Assembly: GCA_000091205.1 (NCBI GenBank)
Contig: AP006483.2
Strand: one strand, 5' to 3'
DNA from: Cyanidioschyzon merolae
Lineage: Eukaryota
Length of the DNA: 64,000 nt
Under the pieces are notes generated by a model, which was not told where the DNA came from, did not search any database, and was given only the letters and a program-made list of their open reading frames with translations. The translations under genes and the position numbers were made by a program. Every line of letters starts with the position of its first letter. Position 1 is the stretch's first letter. Below, in pieces: positions 28,555 to 39,948 of the stretch.

Positions 28555-30924
28555 ATGACAGCTAGAAACACATTTGTTGCCGGTAACGCTCCAGGAGCAG
28601 TTGCGTTTATCGCCAGTGTCCGTCTTGGAGGACTTTCGGCGAGGTCAAGTTCTTCCGTCTGTCGCTCAGTCAAGGCGCGGTCGTTCGGTATGGGGCGCAC
28701 TTCGGTGGCTATCCAGCCGAAACCAGTCTTGTCGGCTCATAAGTCGGGACGGAACACGGGGCTGCTGCGAATGAGCGCGGCAGAAGCGACACAAAACAAG
28801 GAAACTTACGAGTTTCAGGCCGAGGTTTCACGGGTGATGGATATCATCGTGAACTCTCTGTATTCGAATACGGACATTTTTCTCCGAGAACTTATATCAA
28901 ATGCCTCGGACGCTTGTGATAAGAAGCGTTTCTTGAAACTCACCGGAAAGTCCGATGCAGGAGACTCGCTTTCGGATACAGAGGAGCTTGCTATTCGTGT
29001 GAAATGCGACGAGAAAGAGCGGACCATTAGTATAACGGACAACGGCATAGGGATGACGAAATCCGAACTAATCAATAATCTTGGCAAAATAGCGGCCTCA
29101 GGGACAGCCAAGTTTGTTGAGGCTCTGAAAGAAGGCGCAGCAGACCTCAGCCTCATTGGACGATTTGGTGTTGGCTTTTACTCTGCGTTTCTAGTGGCGG
29201 ATCGGGTCACCGTGCACACCAAGTCGCCGAACGACCAAAAAGCTTGGAGATGGGAGTCCGAACAAACCAAAAACTTTACGATTACTGAAGAATCCGACCC
29301 GCGGAGTTTTCTGCCTGAAGGCGCAACCAGCGGCACAACCGTAACGCTGCACATCAAAGAAGGTATGGAGAAATACCTTAACGACTTCAGCCTCCGTCAG
29401 CTCCTGGAGTTGTACTCAGAATTTGTGTCATTTCCGATTTACCTCTGGATGAGTCGAATCGAGTACGACAAAGTGAAGGAGAAGGATGAGAAAACTGGTG
29501 AAGAGAAAGAAAAGAGTGTACCGCGTACAGTCTACAATTGGGAATTGGTTAACAAGACGAAACCGATCTGGATGCGAAAGCCATCAGAAGTCACCGATGA
29601 TGAGTACAACGAGTTCTACAAATCGATCAGTCGTGACTTTGAAGATCCCTTAGCTCGCACGCATTTTTCCGCGGAGGGAGAGGTAGAGTTTCGCAGCATT
29701 CTCTTCACGCCGCGGCGGCTGCCCTTCGAATTAGCACAGAACATGTTCAGTGAAGCTGCGCGCCCGCTGAAGCTTTACGTGAAACGTGTTTTCATTTCGG
29801 ACAAATTCGATGAGTTGATCCCACGCTGGCTGACCTTTATCCGTGGTGTCGTTGACAGCGAAGACCTACCTCTGAATGTGTCCCGTGAGATCCTCCAGCA
29901 GAGCAAGGTAGCGCGCGTAATTGGACGACGTGTGACTCGCAAAGCGATCGACATGTTCAGGGAAATTGCCGAGCGCAGCAACCCGAAGGATTATGAGACA
30001 CTATGGGAAAATTTTGGTCGGTACTTGAAAGTCGGTGCCTTCGAGGATAATGAATGGTCGAAGGACCTGCGCCCGCTGCTTCGTTTCCATTCGTCCAAGA
30101 GCGGGGACAAGTGGGTCAGCTTCGATGAATACATTGGCCGTATGAAGGAGTCGCAGAACAAACGCATATTTTACCTCGCGGCGGAGAATCGGCTCGCTGC
30201 GATGAATTCTCCGCTGTTGGAGCGTCTGAAGAAGAAAGATTACGAGGTTATCTTCCTGCTTGAGCCGGTCGATGAATTAGTTTTCCAGCAACTGAACGGC
30301 AAGTATGGAGATGGCTACACTTTAGTGGATGTTGCAAAATCTGACCTCGAGCTTGACTCAGAGGCGGAGGATTCGAAAGAGGACAGCAGCCAGACACAAG
30401 CGTTGTCAGAAGCTGAACTCGAACCGCTGTGCAAGTGGCTTGGCGAGCTTTTCAAGGAACATGTTGAGAAGGTGAAGGTCTCGAAGCGGCTGACGGATTC
30501 GCCCATGGCCATCTCACAGAGCACCTACGGAATGTCGCCAATGCTGGAGCGATTCATGCGGACGCAGGCCGCTATGTTGAAGGAGGACATTCCACCAGGT
30601 TTCGAACAGAAGAGGATCATAGAAATTAATCCTGCGCATCCAGTGATCCACCAAATGGCGTCGCAACTGCGCAACTCTGGCGAAGCAGACAGCGAAGCTG
30701 CAACCTTACTCTATGAAACCGCCCTGCTTCAGAGTGGATATAACATTCGCGATTATGGCGGCTTCGCGCGACGCGTGACCAAGTATTTGCAGAGCTCTTT
30801 GTTGAATAATTTGAATACGACTGGTGGTGGGGACAATGCTAATGCGAACGGTGACGCATCAAGTGGTGAGAGCAAAGCAGAGGCCGTCGAAGCGGAAGTG
30901 GTCGGCGATGCAGCGAACCCATGA
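28555..30924 (+). CDS. HSP90C: HSP90 family chaperone, plastid (HSP90C)-type, with an N-terminal transit peptide.
   Basis: The ATG at 28555 was verified. The sequence ETYEFQAEVSRVMDIIVNSLYSNTDIFLRELISNASDACDKKRF matches the HSP90 N-domain, and VSRxxDxIV is HSP90C-like. GxGxG-type GVGFYSAF is present, and a charged linker is present. There is no MEEVD and no KDEL/HDEL at the C-terminus (it ends GDAANP). There is an N-terminal presequence of about 75 aa (MTARNTFVAGNAP...) with Phe near the N-terminus. Confidence 0.9.
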   Translation: MTARNTFVAGNAPGAVAFIASVRLGGLSARSSSSVCRSVKARSFGMGRTSVAIQPKPVLSAHKSGRNTGLLRMSAAEATQNKETYEFQAEVSRVMDIIVNSLYSNTDIFLRELISNASDACDKKRFLKLTGKSDAGDSLSDTEELAIRVKCDEKERTISITDNGIGMTKSELINNLGKIAASGTAKFVEALKEGAADLSLIGRFGVGFYSAFLVADRVTVHTKSPNDQKAWRWESEQTKNFTITEESDPRSFLPEGATSGTTVTLHIKEGMEKYLNDFSLRQLLELYSEFVSFPIYLWMSRIEYDKVKEKDEKTGEEKEKSVPRTVYNWELVNKTKPIWMRKPSEVTDDEYNEFYKSISRDFEDPLARTHFSAEGEVEFRSILFTPRRLPFELAQNMFSEAARPLKLYVKRVFISDKFDELIPRWLTFIRGVVDSEDLPLNVSREILQQSKVARVIGRRVTRKAIDMFREIAERSNPKDYETLWENFGRYLKVGAFEDNEWSKDLRPLLRFHSSKSGDKWVSFDEYIGRMKESQNKRIFYLAAENRLAAMNSPLLERLKKKDYEVIFLLEPVDELVFQQLNGKYGDGYTLVDVAKSDLELDSEAEDSKEDSSQTQALSEAELEPLCKWLGELFKEHVEKVKVSKRLTDSPMAISQSTYGMSPMLERFMRTQAAMLKEDIPPGFEQKRIIEINPAHPVIHQMASQLRNSGEADSEAATLLYETALLQSGYNIRDYGGFARRVTKYLQSSLLNNLNTTGGGDNANANGDASSGESKAEAVEAEVVGDAANP

Positions 30925-31433
30925 CGCGCATGGTTCTCCGCTCGACCCTGTGGCATTGTCCGTATGGTTGGGTTCTTTGGTCCGTCGAATTCGCATCTAG
31001 CGTGGACCCTGTGACAGGGATTCCTCTTTTCTAAACCTGAGTATTCATGAACGCGGCTTGTCGCGGAACCTTGAAGAGGAAATGTGGGAGCTTTCGGGCG
31101 AGCAACTCGGGAGTAACGCTTTCAGGGGCGATATTGCGAACGCTGTAGGATTGCTAAACTGAACTGAATTTTGCCGCACGGGCGATAGTTGCTGCTGATG
31201 AGACATGAGACAACATAAAGATCTGGGCATCCAGATTTCAAAAGGGTGCCTCTCATGATTTTCAACAGTCCGGTCACAGCGCGCTCGAACTGTACCCTTC
31301 CAGCGTTCGAATACTGGTGAGCTGTGGATGTTAGCAAGATTCAGCATGCTGGACACCAGTTACGATTCGGCAGAAATTCAAGTGATCCTGTCCAGCTATA
31401 TGCTGTTGTACCCAAGTCTGACTGACATGGAGC

Positions 31434-32309
31434 GGTCTACTTGGCTACCTCGGGCGTATACTCTAAACATTGGGCGTCTCCCCAGTGTCACCAACACAAG
31501 CCGTTGTGAGCCTTTTCTGAAACTGCATCGCTTCTCGTTCTCATCTCTCGCTTTAAGCACGCCGGCTTCTAAAGTCCCTTCCGCTCTATCGCCAGCATTC
31601 GAAGGGTGATGATCGCGGCGTGATAACCCCGATTAACCTGTTTCCTGATGTCTTCTGTGCTTTTTATGCACAGGCAAAAGTTGCGATCTAAACATCACTG
31701 GCAACTACTCCCTTTCGTGCGTTCGGCCTGGATGCGCACTCCGCAATGGTATCACCGGGCTGTGACGGGGGTTTCTCAAACGTCCACAACTCTTCCTTTT
31801 CAGCGCACCGCCATGTCGAGCGTGAACGCGTGCTTCATGGCTCTATTGCATGCCCTTGACGGGTACAGAAGGCTATCGTCGATGCCCTGCTCCGGTTTTG
31901 CCCCAATTAGAGTGTCCAACGAGTACGGGCGTCTTTCTAGGCGATAGCCTCGGCGAGTGCATTGTCTGTTGCACACGCAAGCGCAAGCTGTTCCGTGCGA
32001 CGGAGTTTCGCGCACTTGATGTTTCCCATGATTACATTGGTACTGGATGAGCAATCCAGACTGGAGACCAAGTTGCGCGATTTTGATTTTTCTACGACCC
32101 CTCATGTGAAGCGGTGACGCACATTGCGTGGTGAAGCGATTGGTGCGGTGACTGAAGTTCTAGACCAAGACTGTCTTCCATCGAACCAGAAGATATGAGC
32201 GCGCCTGGGAGCATGCCCTGTGGGAAGTATCAAGTCGGCGCTGAATACTGGTGCATGGATGTCCGCCAAAAGAAGAGGACTAGTCTCTCAAATGGAACTG
32301 CTTATTTGA
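31434..32309. repeat. Repeat family R1, copy A (876 bp). It is ~99% identical to 41170-42045 and in direct orientation.
   Basis: The track ORFs 31648..31947 and 41384..41683 encode identical 99-aa products. 31800..32105 and 41536..41841 differ by one residue. The nucleotide alignment shows only a few mismatches. Identity drops abruptly at both ends. The element lies 500 bp downstream of HSP90C. Confidence 0.9.
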
Positions 32310-34511
32310 CAAGTTCCGTGAACGCTCGGCATGGGCCTGTAAAACAGTCTTCAGTCTAGCGACTTGAAAGCAGTCTTCACAAGTAGCCTTAAATGTGCAA
32401 GATCCAAAACCTGACGTATACATTATTTCAGCGTGCTACACGCAAGTAGAGGAGAAGTACAGATTGTTGTACATAAGAAGTCGATAGTTATTTTGAGTGT
32501 GTTACCCAATCTTTTCCGAGAAAGTCGCGAGTCATCATGATTCGAACGATGTAACGAGTTCGGAGGCTAACGAGTTGGATGAGCCACTGCAAAAAAAAGA
32601 CCGAAAAAAGTAAACCTATGCACGAGTCCGTAAGCCCTAGTTGCTGCATTTTGGATGCCGAGGCTGTATATCTCACAAAAAGTTTGGAGAATTATCGAAA
32701 TGCAGGAACAGATAGAGCTGTCCATTGTACAATTTTTATTTGGCATGGGTGTACCAGTAGTTGGCGTAAAGACGAGATTTCCCGTCCTACTGGACGACGT
32801 TGGCTGCGTCTGAGATGGAAGGTTTCGGAGTCTGGCTTTAAGAATGAATGCACGAGAATCTGGCGCTTCTTGAGCGAGAGTGTCTTAAGGCGCAACGAGT
32901 CCACAATGAACTCGAATCGTATGCCCATTCGCACGCATGCAAGCAATGAAACGTCCGTCATTGGCACGACTTCAGCATCCATTAGCATTCCTAAGGCGTT
33001 TCAGGTTGTCGATGATCAGTGTAGCATCTCCGATATTGAGAACCTCTCAGAGCGACATTATCCGAAAGATCTCCAGCGGGCGCCCTGTATTATACCGTAG
33101 AGCTGGTCAACCTCCGTGCTGTAACTGCACCGACGCCATGAGTGCTATCGCGGACGCTCAGGGCAAGCTCCATGCACGATAGAACGTGGAAGATAACCAG
33201 TATCTCCGAGAAAAAGAATGTCTATTGGGACATGGCAACAGGTTGAACGATGGATGCTTCACCGCGCCCTGAGATCGAGGGCGTAATCGGAGATTCGTGG
33301 CCTATGTAATCGAGCTGTAAAAATCAGTTGGCAGGTATGATCCAATAATGCACTATTTAGAAGCGGTGTAGGCATTCAACAGAAAAGGTCTCCTCGATGA
33401 CAGTCCACGAGAAGTTCTATAGCTCGACGACGCAAATGCTTCAGAGCCGTGCGAATATGGCTCTCCTTCCACAGGCCTTTCCATGCTGGAATGCCCTATG
33501 CGAGAAAAATTAAGCGAATCTACCGTTGTCGCAGATCCGATGCTTCTTGCACAGCGGACTTTGCTCGATATGTGCATGCGCCTCGCTCCTGGTTTACTTG
33601 AATATACATTGAAACGAGTAATGCACATGGCAAACGATTTTCGCGTGCATGAACAGCACTTTGCACGTCTTGCGAAGCCAATTCTTATTGAGGATCGCTG
33701 AGCGCCGCGAGCAAACCATGTCGAAATCCGTAAAATGATTCCGTACGATTGGACGCTTCCTAACTGCCGAGAGCAATCGCAAAATCGGAGGAATCATATC
33801 AGATTCATCGATGATGTATGATGAAAACGATAGAATGCGTTCGCCAGCATGGGAGCGATTGCCCGGAAGCATGCCATGTCTTTGAGTGATCTCATTGAAC
33901 CGGAGACCTCAGCTTTCTAGGCTCGGGGTTCACGCACATGGTCGCGGTTGAGTTACCTGAACAATTCCAGCAGATAAGTACAATTGTCTCTACTTCCAGT
34001 CCGGAAGGAAAGGATGATTCGAGGCAGGCGTGTAGAATAGAAAATCTCGATTGATTCAGTCAAGGGCTATTGGTACTATTCGTGACAAATCCACAACATC
34101 AGCCAGCACGATAGCTCGAGCGGAGCGATGCTAAGGTCGCTTGTAACAAGTCCGCAAATTTGAGACACTCGATCATTCCAGCTGGAAAAAAACTCGGATT
34201 ATTCCCATGTGACCCGTAGCATAGAGCAGCTCCGTCGTTCCAGTAGGGGAAGCCTTGCAATGCTCGTACGAAGCCCGCAGCATAGAGCCGCTCTGCCCAA
34301 CTTGGTTGTTCTAGCTTTAAACGAAAGAAACGGCGCCCCTGGCTATGCATGCCGTGTTGCAGCGGACAGGATGATGAAAATCCTCTTAATGAAGGCAACA
34401 TATGCTCCACAAGATTGTTCCCCTGAAATTGCACAGCACCTTATGTGCGCCCTACGACTGATGCTACACCTGAACTGCTCGTAGATCTTGCCACCTCTTC
34501 GAGACCGCAGT

Positions 34512-36488
34512 CTATTTGAAGTTGGCGGATCTAAGCCATCGATCGAGAAATGTCGCCGTCGTGGAGCTCCTGCTACTGGGAACCAGAGATGCTGCAGCAT
34601 TTGCATCTGAACAAGGTGCGGGCGCAGGCTTCGCGGAGACCCAGAGGCGAATGTCAAACTGCGCAGGAGCACAGGATCGGCCCCTGGGAAGAAGCGTTGA
34701 CCTCTGGCGTGCTAATTCCGTTGCACTATTCGAGTCGCCCATCAAAGGGTGGCCGCGTACAGGACCACCATCGCCGTCAGCGAGTATCGATGAATCGGTG
34801 TTCAATCGCGTTCGCTTCCCAGACGCATTTTCGTTTCGTATGAAAGCTTGGGCGAGCGGATCATTGTTTCCAAGGAGCATCCCGCATTTACTTGCGCACA
34901 TTGAACACACGTCCGGTCCTACGAGCGCATGCAAGCTTTCTGAGACTCGTCCAGGGGTGCTCCCAGTATTCTCAGGGAACCCAACGGCCTGTGAGCTGCG
35001 CTCATTGCAGACCGTTGCCGACTCTACGACGCTTATCCGTTCCGGTTCAGCAGCGGTTCCGAGGGGCGCAATAGGACCCCTCGGCAGCAGAAAGACAGCC
35101 TCGCACTGCCGCTCTCTCTCCATATCGAGCGCTGATTGAAGTAGCGAAGAAGGCTCGGTATGTCGATAAGAGATAAATTCCGAGAATCCAATGCCGACAA
35201 GCGTGCATCTTTGCTCAGTACAATCGTCCAGATTTTTCTGGAGAAGCTGCAGTGCCTGCGAGAAAAGTAGCCTCTGAGCTTGTTCTATAATGCCAAAGCT
35301 AGAGGTTGATACCAAACGCCTAATTGCAGCTTGCAGCGCTGAATGCATCCGGGTACTGCGAGAGCGTCGGCTTCCCTTACCAAGACGCCAGTATACCGCC
35401 ACTCGGCGTGGCAGCCGACCATACTGTTGGCCATGATGCTTCATTCTCGTTACACAAGCGAGCGCAAGTGCATACAGCTTCTCATGAAATGCCGCAGAGA
35501 AGAGCTCCAGTCCTGGGAAGGAATCCTCTACATGTATACGCTGAAGGGGACCTCGAGAATATACCTCCTCTGGGAAATCCCCTCGCGCTGCCAACCAAAT
35601 GTCTCGTGCTCGCTTCGCAAAGACTGCTGCAAACTTTCCGAATGTTTTTCGTATTGCATGTTCGAGCGTTAATGGAGAATCGAAACGCGTTCGGAGTTCT
35701 TTCACCGTTCGAACATGTAGCTCCTCCGAAAGCAGGCGTTCGAAGCGACGTCCCACGTATGGAAGCGATCGTAGCTCGAGTTCGGAGAGCCATGAGTCGG
35801 CCCTCACAGTGGGCACAAAGGTAGTTTGCCCATTCGGCTTATGCATATTCGCAGCAAACTTGGCGAGCATTTTGTTGAAACCCACCCCACAGGATATCGT
35901 TATTCCTGTTCGTTCGAACGCCGCATCCCGCATATTTTTGGCGATATCAGACCCAAGCGCAAGTCTGAGCTCTTCCTCGGGGCCTACGAGGCAAATATCA
36001 GGTTGCAAACTCTCGGGCATAAAGTCACGAGGAAAGACTGCGCCGACGTATTCGTTCAAAGGGCCTTTCTGGGCGCACTCTGCGTTCATGGAGCGGAGGC
36101 GTCGATCCACTACCGCGGTTAAATCAAAAATATATTCGTCTAAACCTACCGTTTCGCAACGATGCTCCCGACCCACTTCGTCGAGCGACCTCAGCTTTTC
36201 TTCGAGTGCTTCACAAATCCGCTCCTGGGCATCGCGATACGGTGTCAGGTCCTCTCCGCAAAAGAGGACGAGCTCTGGGCAGAGACGCTTCGCCTCGTCT
36301 ACTCTCATTAGTTTGCCAACACCGTATTTCCTAGCCTCATAGTTACAAGTCACCACAAGGTGTTTTTGGAAAACTGCAGCGGGCTTTGAACGGAGAGACT
36401 CGTCGCCAACTGCGTTCAACTCCACCTGACAGTAGAAATAGTCGGCGTCGAACACTGCAACGACTCGCGAGGCGTCAAGGTTAAACAT
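34512..36488 (-). CDS. Y-family DNA polymerase (UmuC/IMS domain), Pol iota-like, with a long low-complexity C-terminal tail.
   Basis: The ATG at 36488-36486 was verified. The N-terminus reads RVVAVFDADYFYCQVE ... QKHLVVTCNYEARKYGVGKLMRVDEAKRLCPELVLFCGEDLTPYRD. This is almost colinear with the Pol iota motif QKYLVVTCNYEARKLGVKKLMNVRDAKEKCPQLVLVNGEDLTRYRE. Pol eta instead has AVSYEARAFGV at the corresponding position. About 230 C-terminal residues are Ser/Ala/Pro/Arg-rich. Confidence 0.8.
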   Translation of the reverse strand: MFNLDASRVVAVFDADYFYCQVELNAVGDESLRSKPAAVFQKHLVVTCNYEARKYGVGKLMRVDEAKRLCPELVLFCGEDLTPYRDAQERICEALEEKLRSLDEVGREHRCETVGLDEYIFDLTAVVDRRLRSMNAECAQKGPLNEYVGAVFPRDFMPESLQPDICLVGPEEELRLALGSDIAKNMRDAAFERTGITISCGVGFNKMLAKFAANMHKPNGQTTFVPTVRADSWLSELELRSLPYVGRRFERLLSEELHVRTVKELRTRFDSPLTLEHAIRKTFGKFAAVFAKRARDIWLAARGDFPEEVYSRGPLQRIHVEDSFPGLELFSAAFHEKLYALALACVTRMKHHGQQYGRLPRRVAVYWRLGKGSRRSRSTRMHSALQAAIRRLVSTSSFGIIEQAQRLLFSQALQLLQKNLDDCTEQRCTLVGIGFSEFISYRHTEPSSLLQSALDMERERQCEAVFLLPRGPIAPLGTAAEPERISVVESATVCNERSSQAVGFPENTGSTPGRVSESLHALVGPDVCSMCASKCGMLLGNNDPLAQAFIRNENASGKRTRLNTDSSILADGDGGPVRGHPLMGDSNSATELARQRSTLLPRGRSCAPAQFDIRLWVSAKPAPAPCSDANAAASLVPSSRSSTTATFLDRWLRSANFK

Positions 36489-37162
36489 GTGTACGAAGGT
36501 TCACAAGAAGTGAGAGCAAACAGTGAAGTGCCTCGTTAACGTCATCAAAGAGCTTTAGATAGTGGCCTTTGTCTGCATTTCTGAGCAACACTACAGTCGA
36601 AGGGAGAGCAAAGCTCTAACTGGTCGCAAACTATTCGACTGCAAACAAAGCTCTTCCTGGCCGAAAATTCTGCAGTGCAGAGCCACGGGGGGACGATGAA
36701 TGCAATCTAACATTGAGCTGCTCGCACTAGTCCAGCTTTTCAGTAAATCCGCTGCCTTGTAGGCGTACAGTATCGACGTTCCAACGGCAGCAATAAGACC
36801 TTAGGGATTCATACCAGCCTTTGCGGTTTTGGTCGTCTTTTAAGTGCGGCATCCTTGACTATTATCCGCTGCAACTTGTTACTTCACAGGAATAAAGATT
36901 ATTCGCGAATCCATCTAGTAGTGGTTCATAAAATAACCGATATCATTGCACAATTCACACGCAGAAGTGTCCACTCTTTGCCTCAAGTCACGTGCAGCGT
37001 GTTAATATAACGCGTCTTTCAAGCTGTCGATTTTTCTGCTCTGAGGCAACTCGCGTCCGCTGCACTTCGCGCCGTAGATTGACAGGGAAGAAAACTTGGC
37101 GTCGTCCCCGAGCGACTTCTCTACAAGCTCATGCTAAAAGCTCACTGAACATCTAACTTCAA

Positions 37163-37561
37163 TTAATCGATACCGTCTGAAAGACGAATTCTCCTCGTTT
37201 TGTCACTATCGAAAATTTGGCATTGGATGGCAGCATGAGAACTCTCGCGGGATGTGCTCGCAGAGGCATCCGTCTCTTCAATTTGCATACAAAAACGGAC
37301 TTGGGCGCCGACAGTTCTCACCGCAGCCACCCTTCTCAGTGGAAAGGGCATCATCGCTTTGCAGGGGGGGGGTGCAAGGACGGCTGGAAAATTCTCGGCG
37401 TCTTCTCTAGCTTTGAATATTTTTTCTGGCGCATGATCCATCGCGGACATCAGTGCATTCAGCAAACCCGTTATCGAACAGGGTAGCGTGCGCCTGCATA
37501 TGTAGCGATCAGAGAACTCGCTGAGGAAATCGCTCAGACGAAGCCCGTGAGCGTAGAGCAT
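37163..37561 (-). CDS. Candidate small hypothetical protein (~132 aa from the first ATG).
   Basis: There is an ORF of 191 codons (the track start is GTG; the first ATG is at 37561-37559). The translation looks protein-like (LRLSDFLSEFSDRYICRRTLPCSITGLLNALMSAMDHAPEKIFKAREDAENFPAVLAPP). I recognised no homology. It lies between the Pol-iota-like and rhomboid genes. Confidence 0.2.
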   Translation of the reverse strand: MLYAHGLRLSDFLSEFSDRYICRRTLPCSITGLLNALMSAMDHAPEKIFKAREDAENFPAVLAPPPCKAMMPFPLRRVAAVRTVGAQVRFCMQIEETDASASTSRESSHAAIQCQIFDSDKTRRIRLSDGID

Positions 37562-38670
37562 GGCACGGGGCGTTGAAACGGAGGAGGGTACCGTGGCGGG
37601 GCTTCTGCATATTTCAAGCGCGTGTACCGAGCGTTTTTGCAAGCGTTCATGCCCCGCAGGACGGAGTTCGTCGTGGGATGTGTGGTATACGAATTGGAAC
37701 ACTTGACTAAAGTCTAGCGTTCCAGCTAGGAGGAGCACACCCAGGCTACATACAAATGCGATGAAAATGGCGAGCGAAGTTTAGATCGCAACTGCCGTCT
37801 GTGCGGGAAATGCGCAGACAAGAGCAGGAAACTGCGTTTTTCCGACGTTAATGCTGCCGTCATCATCTTGAGAGTGTTGAAACCGGAGCTGGAAGAGAGG
37901 GTTAAACTGGCGTATTTTACGTCAAATACACGAGAGAGGAAACGGAATTAGAAGCAGAAAAATCCGCAAAGGCTCGCTCTGATGATATTAGGAAGAAACC
38001 GAAACATCAATGAGTATGCGCGATTTAACTGAGTGGACCCACTCCGTTTTAGTCTGACAGGATGCAACTGAAGACTCATCTACACATATCCTCACAACTG
38101 GGTCATTCTGGATGCGCGACAAGGAGCCGAAGCAACGGGGACTACGCTGCACCACCCTCTGCTGCAGGCTTTTGCGTACCAACGAGTCTACGATTAGTGC
38201 TCTTCTGAATATGCAGGCTTGCCGCATGGTTGTGTGACGATGAGCTCCAGAGCGCGAAACTCTGACAGCAACACACTCCAAAACACATTGAAGTGTCGTT
38301 TCTAAGCTGCAGGTCGCTGGGCTGGTTTCCTTTCCTCAGTGACAGGAAGAAGAGCACAAGTATTTGAAAACCTCCCTTGACGAAAGCATCATTTCGCTAC
38401 GTTCCACTCTGACGTTCTAGAAGCTGTCGAACACCTTCCGTGGGCAGTGCTTCTTCATACCTGAGGGGATAAGCTTCCCGGCGGCGGCCGACTGTTGGTG
38501 GTGGCTCGTGGAGAAGCTTGACGCACACGGGACAACGAACAATAAGCGGACTTCTGGAAAGATACTCTCCAGTGCCTTTTTGGGAATTTGCGAGTTTCTG
38601 TCTGCACTCTCGCACTGTCTGTGAACCGCAGGTGGAGGCAAGAGGTTGGCACCGGAGACGACGTGCGGCA

Positions 38671-39948
38671 ATGTCTCGTACTGACAACGTCGGCGTTTCC
38701 AGAACCCTGAACGCTGCACCGGTTGGAGCACCCAACGCTGCTATACCATCAATGCCTTTCGGTAACTTACTCCTTGTGGGGAGCTGCACTCTGCTCTTTT
38801 TATGCCAACAAGCGTTGCAAATACCGCTATCAGCAGTATGCATCGATCCGGAGCTGCAGATTTCCAGCAATACGTACCGCTTATTCACCGCTCCTTTTTT
38901 TCATGTGAACCTTGTTCACATCTTTGCGAATATGATTGTGCTGCTGGACATTGGGCCTCCGCTTGAACGCCGCCTTGGCTCCTTTCTCTTCCTATTCATT
39001 GTTTTTCTCATGATTTGCGTCTCTGGTGTTTTTAGAGCGATTTTGGCGATGTCTGTTCGGGTCGCCTTGACACCCTTCGAAATGTCGACTAGAGCGCCCC
39101 TGCTGCCGCTCCTTTCGTACATCCGTCGGCAGACGCACGCCTGTGCGGTGGGATTTTCGGGCGTGCTTTTCGCTTTCTTGGTGATCCACGTCCACCAGTT
39201 CGTCGCGACGGATATCCTATGGATACTGGGAGTCGTTCCATGTCCGTCACGCTTCTATCCTCTGGCATTGTTGGTACTACTTCAACTCATGGTTCCAGCT
39301 GTGGACCTTTGTGGTCATCTAGCAGGTATGCTGGTTGGTTACACTTACGTTCGAGGCTGGCTATGGCCGCTGCTTGTTCAACTCATACCGGGGGGGTTTA
39401 TACGGAACCTTGATGAAATACTTGGCTCCCGGATAACAGTCTGGGCAGCAAAGCCTTCCGATGAGGAAGGCAATATAATGCGGAGCAATAGGTTCCATCC
39501 GAGCACAACGGCAACCTCATTCTCATCTATGTTCGAAAATGGTGCAAGATTCTTCGAGTCGCTTCTCCGAAGAGTATTGCCGTCAAGGCGATCGAGCCAA
39601 ACGCGGATGCAGAACAATCTTGACGAGTCAGTTGAAAGCGGCATTGCAGCAGAGGTTAACACGGACCGTAACCAAGACGTTATTCTTTATGCTGATACGC
39701 ATGAAACGGAAACGCAAGCTCCAGTCGAGCAGCTCGTTCGAGCAGGGTACCAGCCGAATGATGCGTTCGAAGCGCTCGCGGAGGTACAAGGGGACGTAGT
39801 GGCGGCTAGGCTGATCATCGACACTCGGCTTACCGCACAGCTGGTCGAAATCGGGTTTGATTCGACAGATATTGAGCATGCGCTGCACTCAGGCTGCCCC
39901 AAAACCATCACTGCAATCGTTGAATGGATTAGTTCATTAGAGCATTGA
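38671..39948 (+). CDS. Rhomboid-family intramembrane serine protease with two C-terminal UBA domains (plant RBL15-like architecture).
   Basis: The rhomboid core is present: HVNLVHIFANM, catalytic GFSGVLFA (GxSG) and downstream CGHLAGMLVGY (the catalytic His). There are multiple TM helices. The C-terminal UBA-like segments are QLVRAGYQPNDAFEALAEVQGDVVAARLII and EIGFDSTDIEHALHSGCPKTITAIVEWI. The track start at 38518 is TTG; the first ATG is at 38671 (MSRTDNV...). Confidence 0.8.
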   Translation: MSRTDNVGVSRTLNAAPVGAPNAAIPSMPFGNLLLVGSCTLLFLCQQALQIPLSAVCIDPELQISSNTYRLFTAPFFHVNLVHIFANMIVLLDIGPPLERRLGSFLFLFIVFLMICVSGVFRAILAMSVRVALTPFEMSTRAPLLPLLSYIRRQTHACAVGFSGVLFAFLVIHVHQFVATDILWILGVVPCPSRFYPLALLVLLQLMVPAVDLCGHLAGMLVGYTYVRGWLWPLLVQLIPGGFIRNLDEILGSRITVWAAKPSDEEGNIMRSNRFHPSTTATSFSSMFENGARFFESLLRRVLPSRRSSQTRMQNNLDESVESGIAAEVNTDRNQDVILYADTHETETQAPVEQLVRAGYQPNDAFEALAEVQGDVVAARLIIDTRLTAQLVEIGFDSTDIEHALHSGCPKTITAIVEWISSLEH

